DNA of 64,000 bases, taken from positions 384,001 to 448,000 of the forward strand of contig CAWDDT010000011.1 of assembly GCA_963801165.1 (NCBI GenBank). Reading direction: 5' to 3'. Shown here one piece after another: positions 47,968 to 58,290 of the stretch (within the stretch, counting starts at the first letter, position 1; each line of letters opens with the position of its first letter). A model generated the notes under the pieces. It was not told the origin of the DNA. It ran no database searches and worked only from the letters and a program-made list of their open reading frames with translations. A program made the position numbers and the translations under genes. The DNA is from an uncultured bacterium. GTDB lineage: Bacteria; Actinomycetota; Acidimicrobiia; Spongiisociales; UBA5794.

Positions 47968-49220
47968 CGGCGCCCCACCATCCGCCGCACGGCGAGCGCA
48001 ACGTCAGTCGGCTGTGCCCGCACCATCGACGACACGAACCCGTCGACGGTCCCATATCCGAGGGTGGCGCCGAGAGTGAACGCCAAATACAACGCATCCG
48101 CGACGGCCGTCTCGCCGACCCAGGAGACCGCTACGGGCTCGCCGATCAACAGATCCTGCCATCGCTCGTCGCCGATAACCAGATGGATGCCCCGGCCGCC
48201 CCGCACAAACTCCAACCACTGCCGGTCGGCGGGTGTGTCGTCCACCATCGCACAGAACGAGCCGGCATATGGAGCCATGTCCCCGGACCGGATCAGGGGC
48301 AGACCGAGCGGCTCGGCAAGACGCTCGGCGTGCGGCCCGACCACGATGACGTCGCCTTCGGGCAGCGGCCCGCAGTGGGGCGCCACGGTAGCGGCGATGC
48401 GGTCGATCCAACCCATGTCGTCATTCCCGTCGAGATCGGTGACCGCGGCGATGATCGGGGCGGGGAGACCGAGCCTGAGCAGAGCCGTGGTGCTCCAAGC
48501 GATCCGGCCCATGCCATGGGGAGCGTCGATCGGCTCCGCGGTACGCCACCAACCGGTGTCGCCATCTGCCACCGTCATGTCCTGGTCGGGTGCCGTCTCC
48601 CGCTCATCAACCGGGGCCGGCTCCGCGTAATCCTCTCCCGCGGCCTCCGTGACCTCCACGGCGAGCAATGCCGGGAAGACCACAGCCGGCGTCTCGACCT
48701 CGGGATCTGTAGGTGCGACCTCGGATTGCCGAGCGTCTTCGGCAGGCTCGGGATCGGTGACTGCCAGCAGCGCCGGGCCCACGACGACGGGCTCCGGGAC
48801 CTCGTCGGCAAACGGGGGCACGAAATGCACTTCGGGTGCGCTGTCCTCGAGCGGCTCGGGGGCAGGCAGGGCGGCAACGCCGCCGTCCTCGTCCGCTACC
48901 GCCAGCTCACGCTGTAGCACCGTCCGGAAGTCGGAGTCTTCGGCGTCGGCGCTCTGCGCCATCCGCTCCAACACGTCGGCGATCCCTCCACCCTGAGGCC
49001 GGGAAGGCGGGCGAAACTGTGCCGGAGCCGCGGTGCGCCGCCGCCTGGCGGTCAGCTGCACCATCTCCTTGGCAAAGAATCCACCCACTCCACCGCGGTG
49101 TACCTTCTGGGCCCGCATGATCTCGGCATCCTCGCCAAACTGGGCAGAGATCTCGGCAAGGGCATCTTCGACGGTCGGGGCTTCGACCGTCACCTGGTCG
49201 GGGTTGGCTGATTCAAGCAT
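47964..49220 (-). CDS. FlhF-like protein lacking an intact GTPase P-loop
   Basis: N-terminal TVEDALAEI..GEDAEI..GGVGGFFAKE resembles the FlhF start; follows flhA; VIVVGPHAERL where VGPTGxGKT is expected. Confidence 0.65.
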   Translation of the reverse strand: MLESANPDQVTVEAPTVEDALAEISAQFGEDAEIMRAQKVHRGGVGGFFAKEMVQLTARRRRTAAPAQFRPPSRPQGGGIADVLERMAQSADAEDSDFRTVLQRELAVADEDGGVAALPAPEPLEDSAPEVHFVPPFADEVPEPVVVGPALLAVTDPEPAEDARQSEVAPTDPEVETPAVVFPALLAVEVTEAAGEDYAEPAPVDERETAPDQDMTVADGDTGWWRTAEPIDAPHGMGRIAWSTTALLRLGLPAPIIAAVTDLDGNDDMGWIDRIAATVAPHCGPLPEGDVIVVGPHAERLAEPLGLPLIRSGDMAPYAGSFCAMVDDTPADRQWLEFVRGGRGIHLVIGDERWQDLLIGEPVAVSWVGETAVADALYLAFTLGATLGYGTVDGFVSSMVRAQPTDVALAVRRMVGRR

Positions 49221-51258
49221 TTGCTAACGCTGCTCCTATGACTCCGATTGGTTCGAGTTCGATATCTGGGGGAAGTTCGGGGTAAGCGAGAGCCGGTACG
49301 TCGAGTCCCATGCCGCGGAGGCTCTTGGTGAGCGGTCCACGCAGGGCCTGACCGACGACCAGCGCACACGGCTTCTGGGCCCTCGCCGCTGCTCCGGCGA
49401 GGTGGTCGACGTCGATACGCACGACGTCGAGCTTGGAGGGGTCCATCACGAGGAATATCTGCCCGTCGACCTCCCGCAAGGACTCGTGCATACCGGCTTC
49501 GAGGCTGGGGGCAAGGGTCATCACTGCGAGGTGTCCCTCCGGGGCAATCCTGGCGACGATCGAGCGACCGACCGCCACCCGGGCAGCGGAGGCCAATTGC
49601 TCGGCCGACTTCGTCTCGCGGGCACGGTTGGAGATGACCTCGACGATCGGCCCAAGGTCTCGAATCGAGACCCGGTCCTCGAGCAGCTTCCTCAGCACGC
49701 CGTGGAGCAGACCGAGCGGGAGGACCTCGGTCGATACCTCGTTGGCCAGGATCGGCTCGTCGTATCGAAGGCCGTCGACAAGGGCCTGGACGTCCTGCCG
49801 GCTCAGCAGCGAGGCGGCATTGGATCTGACCACCTCGGCCAGGTGGGTGACGATGACCGAGGAGCGGTCCACAGCGGTTGCACCGGTAGCGGCTGCGGCC
49901 GCTCGGGCCGAATCCGCCACCCAGAATGCCTTGAGCCCGAACACCGGCTCTACCGTCTCCGTTCCTCCCATGGCGCGCAGCTCCTCGCCGTCGCCGAGCG
50001 GAAGCGCCAGGATCTGATCTTGCGGTGCGGTCCCCCGCCCTACCTCGGTGCCGCGCAGCACGATGCTGTAGGTCGCAGGCGGGAGCGACACGTCGTCCCG
50101 CGTTCGGACGAACGGCATCACAACCCCGAGCTCGAGAGCGATCTGGCGGCGCAGCGACTTGACCCGATCGAGCAGGTCGCCCTTCTTGCCCGGATCTATG
50201 AGATCGAGGATGTCATAGGAGAGACGCAGCTCGAGCGGCTCGACTCGCATCTCCCCCATGAGCGCCTCGGGGGCATCGGGGTCGAACGCGACCGAAAGCG
50301 TCGCGTCGGCCTCGCTTGGCTCGATAGCGTCGAGAGCTGCCCGCCTGCTGCTGGCGAAGATGAGAATGCCGGCGAAAGCGAAGAACGGGATCTTGGGAAG
50401 ACCGGGCAACATGCCGAGACCCGCTACCGAGATGCCGGCAAAACGCATGGCTCTGGCGTTGCCAAACAGCTGGCTGCCGATCTCGGAACCGATGTCCTTC
50501 TCCGAACCTACCCTGGTCACGAGCAGGCCGGTAGAGATAGAAATCAGCAAAGCGGGAATCTGGCTCACCAGACCGTCACCAACCGAGAGCAACGAGAACG
50601 TGCTGACGGCCTCCGAGAAATTCATCCCGAGGACGCCCATCCCGACGGCCAGTCCGCCGAACAGGTTGATGACGACGATAACGATGCTGGCGATAGCATC
50701 GCCCTTGACGAACTTGGCGGCACCATCCATCGCCCCGTAGAAGTCTGCCTCGGTGGCGATGCGCTTGCGTTGAGCTCTCGCCTGGGTTTCGTCGATCAGA
50801 CCCGCACCCAGGTCGGCGTCGATGGCCATCTGCTTGCCGGGCATTGCGTCCAACGTGAACCTCGCCGCCACCTCGGCGACACGGGTGGCACCGTTGGTGA
50901 TGACAACGAACTGGATGACGATCAGGATCAGGAACACGACCAGACCGACGATCACCGAACTGCCGATCACGAAATTGCCAAAGGTGTCGATGACCTTCCC
51001 CGCGTTGCCGTCGAGGAGGATGAGCCTGGTCGAGGAGACATTGAGGGCCAGCCGGGTCAGCGTCGTCACCAGCAAGAGCGACGGGAACACCGAGAAATCG
51101 AGGCTGTCCGAGAGAAGGATGACACCGAGCAGCACGAGAACGGAGATCGTGATGTTGGCCGCCAGCATCGTGTCGAGCACCGTGGCCGAGATGGGAATGA
51201 TCATCATCAGGATCACCCCGATGAGGGTCATGGGAACGACAACCGAGGAGCGCTTCAT
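49213..51258 (-). CDS. flhA: Flagellar export protein FlhA
   Basis: FSVFPSLLL, RVAEVAARFTLDAMPGKQMAIDADL, FYGAMDGAAKFVKGDAIA. Confidence 0.97.
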   Translation of the reverse strand: MKRSSVVVPMTLIGVILMMIIPISATVLDTMLAANITISVLVLLGVILLSDSLDFSVFPSLLLVTTLTRLALNVSSTRLILLDGNAGKVIDTFGNFVIGSSVIVGLVVFLILIVIQFVVITNGATRVAEVAARFTLDAMPGKQMAIDADLGAGLIDETQARAQRKRIATEADFYGAMDGAAKFVKGDAIASIVIVVINLFGGLAVGMGVLGMNFSEAVSTFSLLSVGDGLVSQIPALLISISTGLLVTRVGSEKDIGSEIGSQLFGNARAMRFAGISVAGLGMLPGLPKIPFFAFAGILIFASSRRAALDAIEPSEADATLSVAFDPDAPEALMGEMRVEPLELRLSYDILDLIDPGKKGDLLDRVKSLRRQIALELGVVMPFVRTRDDVSLPPATYSIVLRGTEVGRGTAPQDQILALPLGDGEELRAMGGTETVEPVFGLKAFWVADSARAAAAATGATAVDRSSVIVTHLAEVVRSNAASLLSRQDVQALVDGLRYDEPILANEVSTEVLPLGLLHGVLRKLLEDRVSIRDLGPIVEVISNRARETKSAEQLASAARVAVGRSIVARIAPEGHLAVMTLAPSLEAGMHESLREVDGQIFLVMDPSKLDVVRIDVDHLAGAAARAQKPCALVVGQALRGPLTKSLRGMGLDVPALAYPELPPDIELEPIGVIGAALANA

Positions 51259-52301
51259 GCGACCTTCCTTCGGGGCCGGCGCCTATAGGCGACCGCAAGC
51301 ACGGCGGCCACCGCCTCGAACAGGTTCGCCGGGACGAACCCACCCAGCTTGACCCGCCGGTAGAGCGTCCGCGCCAGGGGCTTGTTCTCGACGAGGGGAA
51401 CACCGTTACGGCGGGCTTCGGCGCGGATCTTGGCGGCGATTCTGTTGGCGCCCTTGGCTACGATCCGGGGCGACGGCTCATCGGGTTCGTACTTCAGGGC
51501 GATGGCCAGCCGGGTCGGGTTGGTGATCACGACATCGGCGTTGGCCACATCGAAGATCATCCGGTTCCGGCTCATCTCCCGGGCACGCTGCCTCCGGGCC
51601 GACCGGACCATCGGGTCACCCTCAGACCGCTTGAACTCCTCCCGCATCTCCTGCTTGGTCATCTTCATCTCTTTGTTGTGACGGACGCGGGTGACGGCGT
51701 AGTCGGCACCGGCGATGACGACGGCAAGGCCGGCGGCCCGCAGCACGATGGCCCACACCTGGTCTCCGGTAAAAGAGATAGCGTCGATAATCCCCAGCGG
51801 CTCGCCGAGACGGTCCATCCAGGCCATCAGGGGCCCCCAGATGAATGCGACCAACAGCCCTACCTTGCCCACAGCCTTGACCAGCTCCCACATGAACACG
51901 GATGCCTTGAACCGGTTGAGGCCCTTCTTGAGGGAGAGGTTGGAGAGCTTGGGCTTTGCGGCCTTGGGGGCGATAGTGAACCCGACCTGGGCGACACCAC
52001 CGGCGATCCCAAAGACCACGGCGGCGACCAGGAACGGGACCAGCCCGACCAGGAGCATCGCCAGGACGTCCCCCTGGAGCTGTGGCTGAATCGTCCCCGT
52101 ACCGGCGACGGATAGGATGGAACGAACCCGCTCCGTTATGGCGCCGGCGGCGGGAGGGGCCATGAAACGGATGGCCAGGACGAGCATGATCATCGAGAGC
52201 GCAACGCCGACTTCCTGGGACTTGGCGACGCGACCCTCTTGGCGGGCATCCCGCTTACGTCGCTCTGACGGCTTTTCTGTCTTGTCCTGAGAACGGCTCA
52301 C
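51255..52301 (-). CDS. flhB: Flagellar export protein FlhB
   Basis: DKTEKPS, GRVAKSQE, KMTKQE..EGDP, VITNPTR autocleavage motif. Confidence 0.96.
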   Translation of the reverse strand: MSRSQDKTEKPSERRKRDARQEGRVAKSQEVGVALSMIMLVLAIRFMAPPAAGAITERVRSILSVAGTGTIQPQLQGDVLAMLLVGLVPFLVAAVVFGIAGGVAQVGFTIAPKAAKPKLSNLSLKKGLNRFKASVFMWELVKAVGKVGLLVAFIWGPLMAWMDRLGEPLGIIDAISFTGDQVWAIVLRAAGLAVVIAGADYAVTRVRHNKEMKMTKQEMREEFKRSEGDPMVRSARRQRAREMSRNRMIFDVANADVVITNPTRLAIALKYEPDEPSPRIVAKGANRIAAKIRAEARRNGVPLVENKPLARTLYRRVKLGGFVPANLFEAVAAVLAVAYRRRPRRKVA

Positions 52302-52367
52302 GCACGACTCCGGTAGTCGGTTCAGCCATTCCATTGGCAACGAAGCCGATCCTTCGGCCTTGTGACC

Positions 52368-52394
52368 CTGTCGGCGGGTGCGGAGACGACGTAA
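52368..52394 (-). promoter_or_regulatory. Sigma28-like promoter upstream of flhB
   Basis: TTAC-N15-GCCGACAG. Confidence 0.6.
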
Positions 52395-52531
52395 GGGGGT
52401 TGTGCGACGGGCGACAGACTCGGGACATTGGTCCCTAGCCACCGGCCGGCAGCCGAAGCAGAATGGATTCTCTGCTCGAGTCTGCGCCTCGGCAGCGGAG
52501 GGAAGATACCGGCTCACAAAGGAGTAGGCGG

Positions 52532-53629
52532 ATGGCCATTGAGGTTCGCAAGGTCGTGCTCGAGAGCGTCAGCGATGCATCTGGTCTGGCGGCTCTGATC
52601 GATGAGGGCGTCTTTGACGCCGACGGGGTGATCGCCGTCGTCGGCAAGACCGAAGGCAACGGCGGCGTGAACGACTTCACCCGCATCCTGGCCGACCAGG
52701 CGTTTCGCAAGGTCCTCATGGACAGGGGCACCCGCACCGAGGCGGAGGTGAAGGAGATCCCGATGGTCTGGTCGGGCGGCACCGACGGGATACTCTGCCC
52801 GCACGCCACGGTTTTTGCCCGGGTCACTACCGACGAGCCGGCAGGCGACGAGCCCCGGCTTGCCGTCGGGTACGCCATGAGCGACGTGATCCTTCCAGAG
52901 GACATCGGCCGCCCGGCGATGGTCGCCAAGGTGGCCGAGGGTGTCCGGAGAGCGATGAAGAAAGCCGGCATCGAAGACCCGGCCGATGTGCACTACGTCC
53001 AGACGAAGACCCCTTTGCTGGTGATGGAGACGATCAACGACGCCAAGTCGCGGGGAATGACCGTGTACACCGAGGATCCGCTCGAATCGATGAATGTGTC
53101 AAACGGCACCTCGGCACTCGGCATCGCGGTAGCGCTCAGTGAGATCGACATGCCTACCGCCGACCAGATCGGGCACGACCTCAGCCTGTACTCGTCTGTG
53201 GCCTCGTGCTCCTCGGGTGTCGAGCTGGATCAGGCACAGACGGTCGTCGTCGGCAACGTGCGCGGTGCCGGAGGTCGCTACCGCATCGGCCACGACGTGA
53301 TGCGGGATGCCCTCGACTTCGAAGGCGTGTACCGCGCCATTCGGTCCGCCGGTCTCGATCTGCCGGAGCGGGCGAGAGCCGAGGACCTGGACGGCAGGCT
53401 GGTCAACGTCTTCGCCAAATGCGAGGCGGACCCGACGTCCCGGTTGCGCGGACGGCGCCAGGTGTCGCTGGACGACTCGGATGTTCACCACCACCGGCAC
53501 ATCAAGGGCGCCGTCGGCGGTGTAATCGGCGCCGCGGTGGATGACGCCGCCGTATTCGTGTCTGTCGCCGCCCTGCACCAGGGCCCGAGCGGCGGAGGGC
53601 CGGTAGCGGCCATCGTCGACGTGGGATAG
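52532..53629 (+). CDS. Ring-opening amidohydrolase (AtzD/barbiturase family), barbiturase-type
   Basis: [33 protein letters not shown] and IK at positions where cyanuric acid hydrolases have Arg, [18 protein letters not shown]; closely recalls Rhodococcus barbiturase. Confidence 0.88.
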   Translation: MAIEVRKVVLESVSDASGLAALIDEGVFDADGVIAVVGKTEGNGGVNDFTRILADQAFRKVLMDRGTRTEAEVKEIPMVWSGGTDGILCPHATVFARVTTDEPAGDEPRLAVGYAMSDVILPEDIGRPAMVAKVAEGVRRAMKKAGIEDPADVHYVQTKTPLLVMETINDAKSRGMTVYTEDPLESMNVSNGTSALGIAVALSEIDMPTADQIGHDLSLYSSVASCSSGVELDQAQTVVVGNVRGAGGRYRIGHDVMRDALDFEGVYRAIRSAGLDLPERARAEDLDGRLVNVFAKCEADPTSRLRGRRQVSLDDSDVHHHRHIKGAVGGVIGAAVDDAAVFVSVAALHQGPSGGGPVAAIVDVG

Positions 53630-53631
53630 GG

Positions 53632-54471
53632 ATGATCTGTCCCGAGACGGCTGAAGTCGAGCGATCCCCGGTGCCCGTACGGGTGCCGGGGGTCGCGAGC
53701 ACGGCGATCCACGGTCTTCTCACAGGTATGGGAGCCGAGGCGACGGTGCTCGGCAGCTCCAGCCAGGCGGCGTGGCTACAAGCGGGCAGACGAGTTGTGG
53801 TGATCTCGACCGGTGACGGCGCCCGCCTCCCCAACAGCATCCGCCTCGCAGCAAAGTATGGAGACGAGGTGCTGCGGCGGATTGCCTCCGAAACCCGGGT
53901 ACTGGTCGGGCACGGCATGATCATGGTCGATGGCATCGCCGTTACGGCAACCAGGTGGTGGGACCCCCGTCCCGCACTTCCCACGTTCACCAGCGACACG
54001 TTGACAGCTCGCCTCCGGGGTCTTCCTGCCGGAGTTCCCGGCATCGACACGGCGTCGCTGCGGCTGGCTCTCGAAGTGGGCTCAGCGGGAGGGGTCCTGC
54101 ACTCGGCGCGTTCGCTACTCGGCAGAGGACCGGGCCTCACGCCCGAAGGAGACGACGTCCTGGCCGGTACACTGGCAGCAACCCGATTGCTCGGAGAGGC
54201 ACTCGGGCGAGAGAACAGCGTCGCCATGATTGCCGGCGTCTCGCCGCCTCTGGCCGAGCTCGCCGCACTACGAACGACCGCGTTCTCGGCGGCGCTCATC
54301 GAGATGGCGATGCAGGGCCAGGTGGTCGAGTCTGCGGGAGTGCTGTTGCGGGCGCTCGCCGGTCGCGGCGATGTCGCCGCCGCCCACCTCGGTTTGATCC
54401 GACTTGGGCACACATCCGGACCTGCCCTCGCTGCAGGCATCGTCTTGGGAGCACGTTCGCTAGTCAAATAG
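53632..54471 (+). CDS. DUF2877 / AllH (YlbF)-like protein
   Basis: LLGRGPGLTPEGDDVLAG, RTT..S, GHTSG. Confidence 0.88.
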   Translation: MICPETAEVERSPVPVRVPGVASTAIHGLLTGMGAEATVLGSSSQAAWLQAGRRVVVISTGDGARLPNSIRLAAKYGDEVLRRIASETRVLVGHGMIMVDGIAVTATRWWDPRPALPTFTSDTLTARLRGLPAGVPGIDTASLRLALEVGSAGGVLHSARSLLGRGPGLTPEGDDVLAGTLAATRLLGEALGRENSVAMIAGVSPPLAELAALRTTAFSAALIEMAMQGQVVESAGVLLRALAGRGDVAAAHLGLIRLGHTSGPALAAGIVLGARSLVK

Positions 54472-54490
54472 GCGTCAACGGAGGTTGGTG

Positions 54491-55921
54491 ATGGTTTCTC
54501 GAGTGGAGATACACCCCGGGCGGTACCACGACTCGGTTCGCCTGATGCAGGCGAGCAAGACACTCCAGAGTGTGCCGGGTGTAACGGACGCCCTCGTAGC
54601 GATGGCGACCGAGCTCAACCTGGCTCTACTCGCCGAGATGGGCTTCGATCTGACGCTCACAGCAGACGCCGGCCCCAACGATCTCGTGCTTGCCGTGAGG
54701 GCCGACAACGAGGAGGCGATCGCCGCCGCGAACCATGCCCTCGATGAAACTCTCAGCAGCAGGGCGGCGCCCGACGGAAGCCTCGACGCGCCTTCTCCAA
54801 AGAGGATCGGGTCGGCGGCAGATCTGAATGGGGCGAACATCGTGCTGCTATCGGTGCCGGGCGAACACGCCTTCGTCGAGGCAGCCGAGGCTCTCGACAC
54901 CGGACGCCACGTGATGATCTTCAGCGACAACGTGCCGCTGGAGCAGGAGCTCGTCCTGAAGAGACGCGGCGTGGAGCGCAAGCTGCTTGTGATGGGACCC
55001 GACTGCGGAACCGCCATCGTCCACGGACTCGGCCTGGGCTTCGCCAACGCCGTGCAACCGGGACCGGTCGGGATAGTCGGTGCCTCGGGGACGGGCATCC
55101 AACAGGTTTGCTGTCTCCTCGATGATGCGGGGGTCGGGGTCCGCCATGCGCTGGGGACGGGCAGCCACGATCTATCGGAGGAGATCGGCGGGCTCGCCAC
55201 TCTCCAGGCTCTGGCCGCCCTCGACGCCGACCCGTCAGTTGCGGTCATCGCGGTCATCTCCAAGCCGCCCGCTGCCACCGTTGCCGACAGGGTTCGAGCT
55301 GCGGCCGCCGGCTGCTCGAAACCGACCGTCATCATCTTCATGGGCGAAAGCACGCTAGAGGATGGCACCACGAAGATCCTGGATCGACTCGAGAAGCCTC
55401 CCGCCACCTACAGCACGTGGCCCACCGACCAGGATGGACATCGCCCCGGTACGGTGCGCGGGTTGTTCTCGGGCGGCACCCTGCGCGACGAAGCCCGTTT
55501 TGCGGCGACGCCCGGTCTCGGCGCCATAGGAAAGCACGAGGGCGAGACCGGCCATTGTTTCATCGACTACGGCGACGACGAGTACACGAGAGGGCGGGCG
55601 CATCCAATGATCGACCAGACGGTGCGTATCGATCGGCTGCGGGCAGCCACCGCCGATCCGTCGGTCGGGGTGATTCTCATCGACGTGGTCCTCGGCTACG
55701 GAGCCAACGCCGATCCGGCGCCTGAACTGGTCCCGGCGATCCAGCAGGCCGTCGCCGCCGGAGCGGCGGTCGTCATCTCCCTCTGCGGCACCGGCCGGGA
55801 CCCGCAGAATCGGGACCGGCAGGCAGAGATGCTCCAGGCGGCCGGTGCTTCCGTGTTGGTGTGCAACGCCGCGGCGGCCCGCGAGGCAGCCCGGCTGGCA
55901 ACGATAGGGAGTCAAGCATGA
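54491..55921 (+). CDS. fdrA: FdrA / AllF-like acyl-CoA synthetase-fold protein
   Basis: YHDSVRLM, SVPGEHA, IFSDNV, MGPDCGT, GASGTG, GLFSGGTL, DDEYTRGRAHPMID. Confidence 0.9.
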   Translation: MVSRVEIHPGRYHDSVRLMQASKTLQSVPGVTDALVAMATELNLALLAEMGFDLTLTADAGPNDLVLAVRADNEEAIAAANHALDETLSSRAAPDGSLDAPSPKRIGSAADLNGANIVLLSVPGEHAFVEAAEALDTGRHVMIFSDNVPLEQELVLKRRGVERKLLVMGPDCGTAIVHGLGLGFANAVQPGPVGIVGASGTGIQQVCCLLDDAGVGVRHALGTGSHDLSEEIGGLATLQALAALDADPSVAVIAVISKPPAATVADRVRAAAAGCSKPTVIIFMGESTLEDGTTKILDRLEKPPATYSTWPTDQDGHRPGTVRGLFSGGTLRDEARFAATPGLGAIGKHEGETGHCFIDYGDDEYTRGRAHPMIDQTVRIDRLRAATADPSVGVILIDVVLGYGANADPAPELVPAIQQAVAAGAAVVISLCGTGRDPQNRDRQAEMLQAAGASVLVCNAAAAREAARLATIGSQA

Positions 55922-57336
55922 CCGACCTCAACGAGCTCCTCGACACCGAGCCACGCGTGGCGACCGCGGGTGCGGACATGCTTGCCGACTCGATCGAGCA
56001 GCAAGGATCCGCCGTTTCCCGCGCCGACTGGCGCCCCCCGGTTCCCGGCACGGAAGCCGCGCTGGCCGATCTCGCCGCCGACGGGCGGATAGCCGAGGCC
56101 AACCGGACCGCCGTCGACCGCATGCTGGCAGTCCGCCCGCACCTGGCGGATGTCCGAACGGCACGGGAAGTGTTCCCCGACATGTCGGGCCGGACCCTGT
56201 TCCATGCCGGACCTCCGATCGACTGGGCTCGTGCCTCCGGCCCGATGCGCGGAGCAATCATCGGTGCGATGCTCTACGAAGGCTGGGCCGATGACGCGGA
56301 CGACGCCGCCACCCGGGCCGCTCACAACGAGGTCGAGCTCTCCCCGTGTCACCACCATGGCGCCGTGGGTCCGATGGCGGGCGTGGTCTCCCCGTCGATG
56401 CCGATCGCGGTCATCGAGGATGGAGCCGGTGCCGGAGTCTCGTACGCAACGCTGAACGAGGGTCTCGGCAAGGTCCTCCGCTACGGAGCGTTCGCTCCCG
56501 AGGTGATCGACCGGCTGCGATGGATGGATCGGGTACTCGGACCGGTGGTCGCCGCCGTGCTTCACGACCACGGTCCCGTCGATCTCCGATCGCTGATAGC
56601 CCAGGCTCTGCAGATGGGCGACGATGGGCACAACCGCAACCGCGCCGTCACCTCGCTGTTTCTTCGCGAAATCGGGGCCACTCTCGTCGCCGGCGCCGAT
56701 GCCACCGTCGACCAACGGCGCGAGGTGTTCGAGTTCATCAACAACAACGACCATTTCATGCTCAACCTGGTGATGGCCGCGGGCAAGCTCGCAGCCGATG
56801 CGGCTTCCGGCGTCCCCGCCTCGAGCCTCGTCACCGCCATGGCGCGCAACGGGACCGACTTCGGGATACGGTTGTCCGGAACGGGTGACCGCTGGTTCGT
56901 CGCACCGGCACCTCCCGTGGTCGGGCTCTACCTGGGCGGATACACCGAGGAGGACGCCAGCCCGGACATCGGTGACTCAACCATCACCGAGACGGTCGGG
57001 ATCGGTGGGTTCGCCATGGCCGCGGCACCCGCGATCGTCGGGTTCGTCGGCGGCACCGCCGCCGGTGCGGTACGGCGCACCCTCGCCATGTACGAGATCA
57101 CGGTGACCGAGCACCCGGCGTACCAGATCCCCATGCTCGAGTTCCGCGGCACACCCACCGGCATCGACGCCGCCAGGGTGGTCCGCACCGGTGTCGTGCC
57201 GCAGATCAACACCGGCATCGCCGGCAAGGTGCCGGGAACCGGCATGGTTGGCGCCGGCCTCGTCGAAGCCCCGATGCAGTGCTTCGCCGATGCCGTGCAG
57301 GCGCTGGCCGGAACGATCACAAGTCTGTCTACGTAG
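55918..57336 (+). CDS. DUF1116 / AllG (YlbE)-like protein
   Basis: HAGPP, PCHHHGAVGPMAG, NEGLGKVLRYGA, MGDDGHNRN, MARNG, PDIGDSTITE, INTGIA. Confidence 0.9.
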   Translation: MTDLNELLDTEPRVATAGADMLADSIEQQGSAVSRADWRPPVPGTEAALADLAADGRIAEANRTAVDRMLAVRPHLADVRTAREVFPDMSGRTLFHAGPPIDWARASGPMRGAIIGAMLYEGWADDADDAATRAAHNEVELSPCHHHGAVGPMAGVVSPSMPIAVIEDGAGAGVSYATLNEGLGKVLRYGAFAPEVIDRLRWMDRVLGPVVAAVLHDHGPVDLRSLIAQALQMGDDGHNRNRAVTSLFLREIGATLVAGADATVDQRREVFEFINNNDHFMLNLVMAAGKLAADAASGVPASSLVTAMARNGTDFGIRLSGTGDRWFVAPAPPVVGLYLGGYTEEDASPDIGDSTITETVGIGGFAMAAAPAIVGFVGGTAAGAVRRTLAMYEITVTEHPAYQIPMLEFRGTPTGIDAARVVRTGVVPQINTGIAGKVPGTGMVGAGLVEAPMQCFADAVQALAGTITSLST

Positions 57337-57374
57337 CCCGGTATACAATTTGTCAAAGATGGAGGAGGTTGGCT

Positions 57375-58259
57375 TTGGTCATCGCCAAGGATTTCGAGTA
57401 CCACCGCCCCACGACGCTGCAAGAGGCGTCGCAGCTTCTCGCCGACCACCCCGGCACGGCCCGAGTTCTCGCCGGAGGCACGGATCTGATCGCCTGGCTG
57501 CGCGACGGCGCGGTCGACCCCGACCTCGTGGTCGACATCAAATCCATCCCGGATCTGCACGACCTCAGCCTCGATGGCGACACGTTGCACATCGGGTCGT
57601 TGGTCACTTTCACCGATCTCATCCGCTCCGAGCTCATCGAGGCACGCGCACCTCTGTTCGCAGAGATGGCAGAGACCGTGGCTTCTCCCGGTATCCGCAA
57701 CCGGGCCACGTTGGTCGGCAATATCTGCTCGGCCATCCCATCTTGTGATGCCGGACCGGTGCTGCTGGCTTACGACACTACGGTCCACCTCGCAGGACCC
57801 GGCGGCACCAGAAGCGTCGGCATCAACCAGTGGTTCACGGGCCCGCGCCGAACCGTACGAAGTGACGACGAGATCGTTACGCATCTCACTGTCGCCGTAC
57901 CCACCCACGGTGGCGCCTACGTCAAGCTGATGCGTTACGCAGGTGAGGATCTCGCCCAGGCGGCCGTAGGCATCGTCGTGCTGCGCGGTGACGAGTACCG
58001 GGTGGCGTTTGGCGCGGTCGCCCCCACCCCGATCCGGTCGGCCCGGATCGAAGACGTACTTCGTGGAAGGCCACTCAGCGACGATCTCATCGCGGAGGCG
58101 GCTGCCATGGTCAAGGACGAGATCAGCCCGATCACCGACATAAGGGCAACCGCCACCTACCGCATCCGGATGACGGAGGTCATGCTGGAGCGTGGTCTTC
58201 CGGTGGCGAGAGACAGGCTCGATGGAAAAGGACCAGCGTACGGCACACGACTCATCTGA
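57375..58259 (+). CDS. Molybdenum hydroxylase FAD-binding subunit (CoxM/XdhB-like)
   Basis: FEYHRPTTL, LAGGTDL, IRNRATLVGN, PITDIRATATYR. Confidence 0.92.
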   Translation: MVIAKDFEYHRPTTLQEASQLLADHPGTARVLAGGTDLIAWLRDGAVDPDLVVDIKSIPDLHDLSLDGDTLHIGSLVTFTDLIRSELIEARAPLFAEMAETVASPGIRNRATLVGNICSAIPSCDAGPVLLAYDTTVHLAGPGGTRSVGINQWFTGPRRTVRSDDEIVTHLTVAVPTHGGAYVKLMRYAGEDLAQAAVGIVVLRGDEYRVAFGAVAPTPIRSARIEDVLRGRPLSDDLIAEAAAMVKDEISPITDIRATATYRIRMTEVMLERGLPVARDRLDGKGPAYGTRLI

Positions 58260-58290
58260 GACCCGATCGAGATGGGGTGAGAGGACAGCA

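Noticed and set aside
49402-51288. Long antisense ORFs (628 aa here; also 20414-21691, 56928-58454, 61711-63108)
   Set aside because: Shadow frames of well-supported genes, expected in high-GC DNA; no recognisable motifs
52532-53629. Cyanuric acid hydrolase / triazine degradation
   Set aside because: Residues recalled as distinguishing the subfamilies look barbiturase-like, and no biuret or allophanate hydrolase is nearby; not fully excluded without a phylogeny
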